DNA of 32,000 nucleotides from Candidatus Saccharimonadota bacterium (lineage in GTDB: Bacteria > Bacteroidota > Bacteroidia > Flavobacteriales > Blattabacteriaceae): positions 120,001 through 152,000 of the forward strand of contig NZ_CP110504.1 in assembly GCF_028673255.1 (NCBI RefSeq), written 5' to 3'. Shown in pieces: positions 31,836 to 32,000 of this stretch. Below the pieces are notes generated by a model. That model was not told the DNA's origin. It worked only from the letters and a program-made list of their open reading frames with translations, and did no database searches. Numbering within the stretch: the stretch's first letter is position 1; each line of letters begins with the position of its first letter. A program made the position numbers and the translations under genes.

Positions 31836-32000
31836 ATGAACAAAAAACAAAACATTCTTTTTTTTAGTAACTTATTTGGAAAGAAAAAGCTGCATTTTTA
31901 TTTAATAAATTTAAAAGGAATAAAAGCTTTTCAACAATCATACTTAAGAAGAAGAAGTAGAAAAACAAATATAAATATTAAGGTTGTAAAAAATACCTTG
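31836..32000 (+). CDS. rplJ: 50S ribosomal protein L10, N-terminal part; runs off the right edge of the window
   Basis: ATG 31836 opens 55 codons with no stop to the window end. YLRRRSRKTNINIKVVKNTL matches the L10 block LR...r......v.KNTL. The position after rplA is canonical. Confidence 0.75.
   Translation, partial: MNKKQNILFFSNLFGKKKLHFYLINLKGIKAFQQSYLRRRSRKTNINIKVVKNTL

Overview
The window looks like a piece of a very AT-rich, highly reduced Bacteroidota (Flavobacteriales-type) genome, most likely an obligate insect endosymbiont. This lineage call is an inference from three things: 16S signatures, the Flavobacteriia-style DnaE architecture, and the gene order tRNA-Thr/Tyr/Gly/Thr-tuf-tRNA-Trp-rplK-rplA-rplJ. 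Genes are tightly packed and almost all are housekeeping.

Contents:
- Replication and repair: dnaE (partial), dnaB, dnaX, mutS.
- Chaperones and proteases: grpE, dnaJ, dnaK, clpX, clpP.
- Translation: infC-rpmI-rplT, rplM-rpsI-rpsB-tsf, tuf, rplK-rplA-rplJ, def.
- tRNA modification: mnmE, mnmA, tsaB, and a broken queA.
- Other: ilvE and a sufE-like gene.
- RNA genes: one complete rRNA operon on the minus strand (16S-tRNA-Ile-tRNA-Ala-23S-5S) and 8 further tRNAs.

I see no CRISPR array, mobile element, prophage, toxin-antitoxin pair or defence island. I also see no multi-gene cluster of unknown function, so I do not claim a novel system. The single orphan-looking ORF (3188..4105) resolves to a decayed M42 peptidase homologue.

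What is worth a second look is genome-erosion biology:
- The 16S 3' tail has lost the anti-Shine-Dalgarno core, and the universal 530 loop carries a substitution.
- Several reading frames are intact but their catalytic or ligand residues are gone: the DnaE N-terminal exonuclease domain, the M42 relic, and DnaJ zinc centre I.
- queA is broken by a stop and a frameshift, yet its C-terminal half is well conserved.
- dnaX is gamma-length and tsf is short.
- secE-nusG are absent from their conserved slot.
- Several statistically unlikely short direct duplications copy translation-start regions (mutS, infC, clpP/dnaX tail) or part of the 16S 5' end.

RNA coordinates were placed by eye against remembered consensus sequences and may be off by a few nucleotides.
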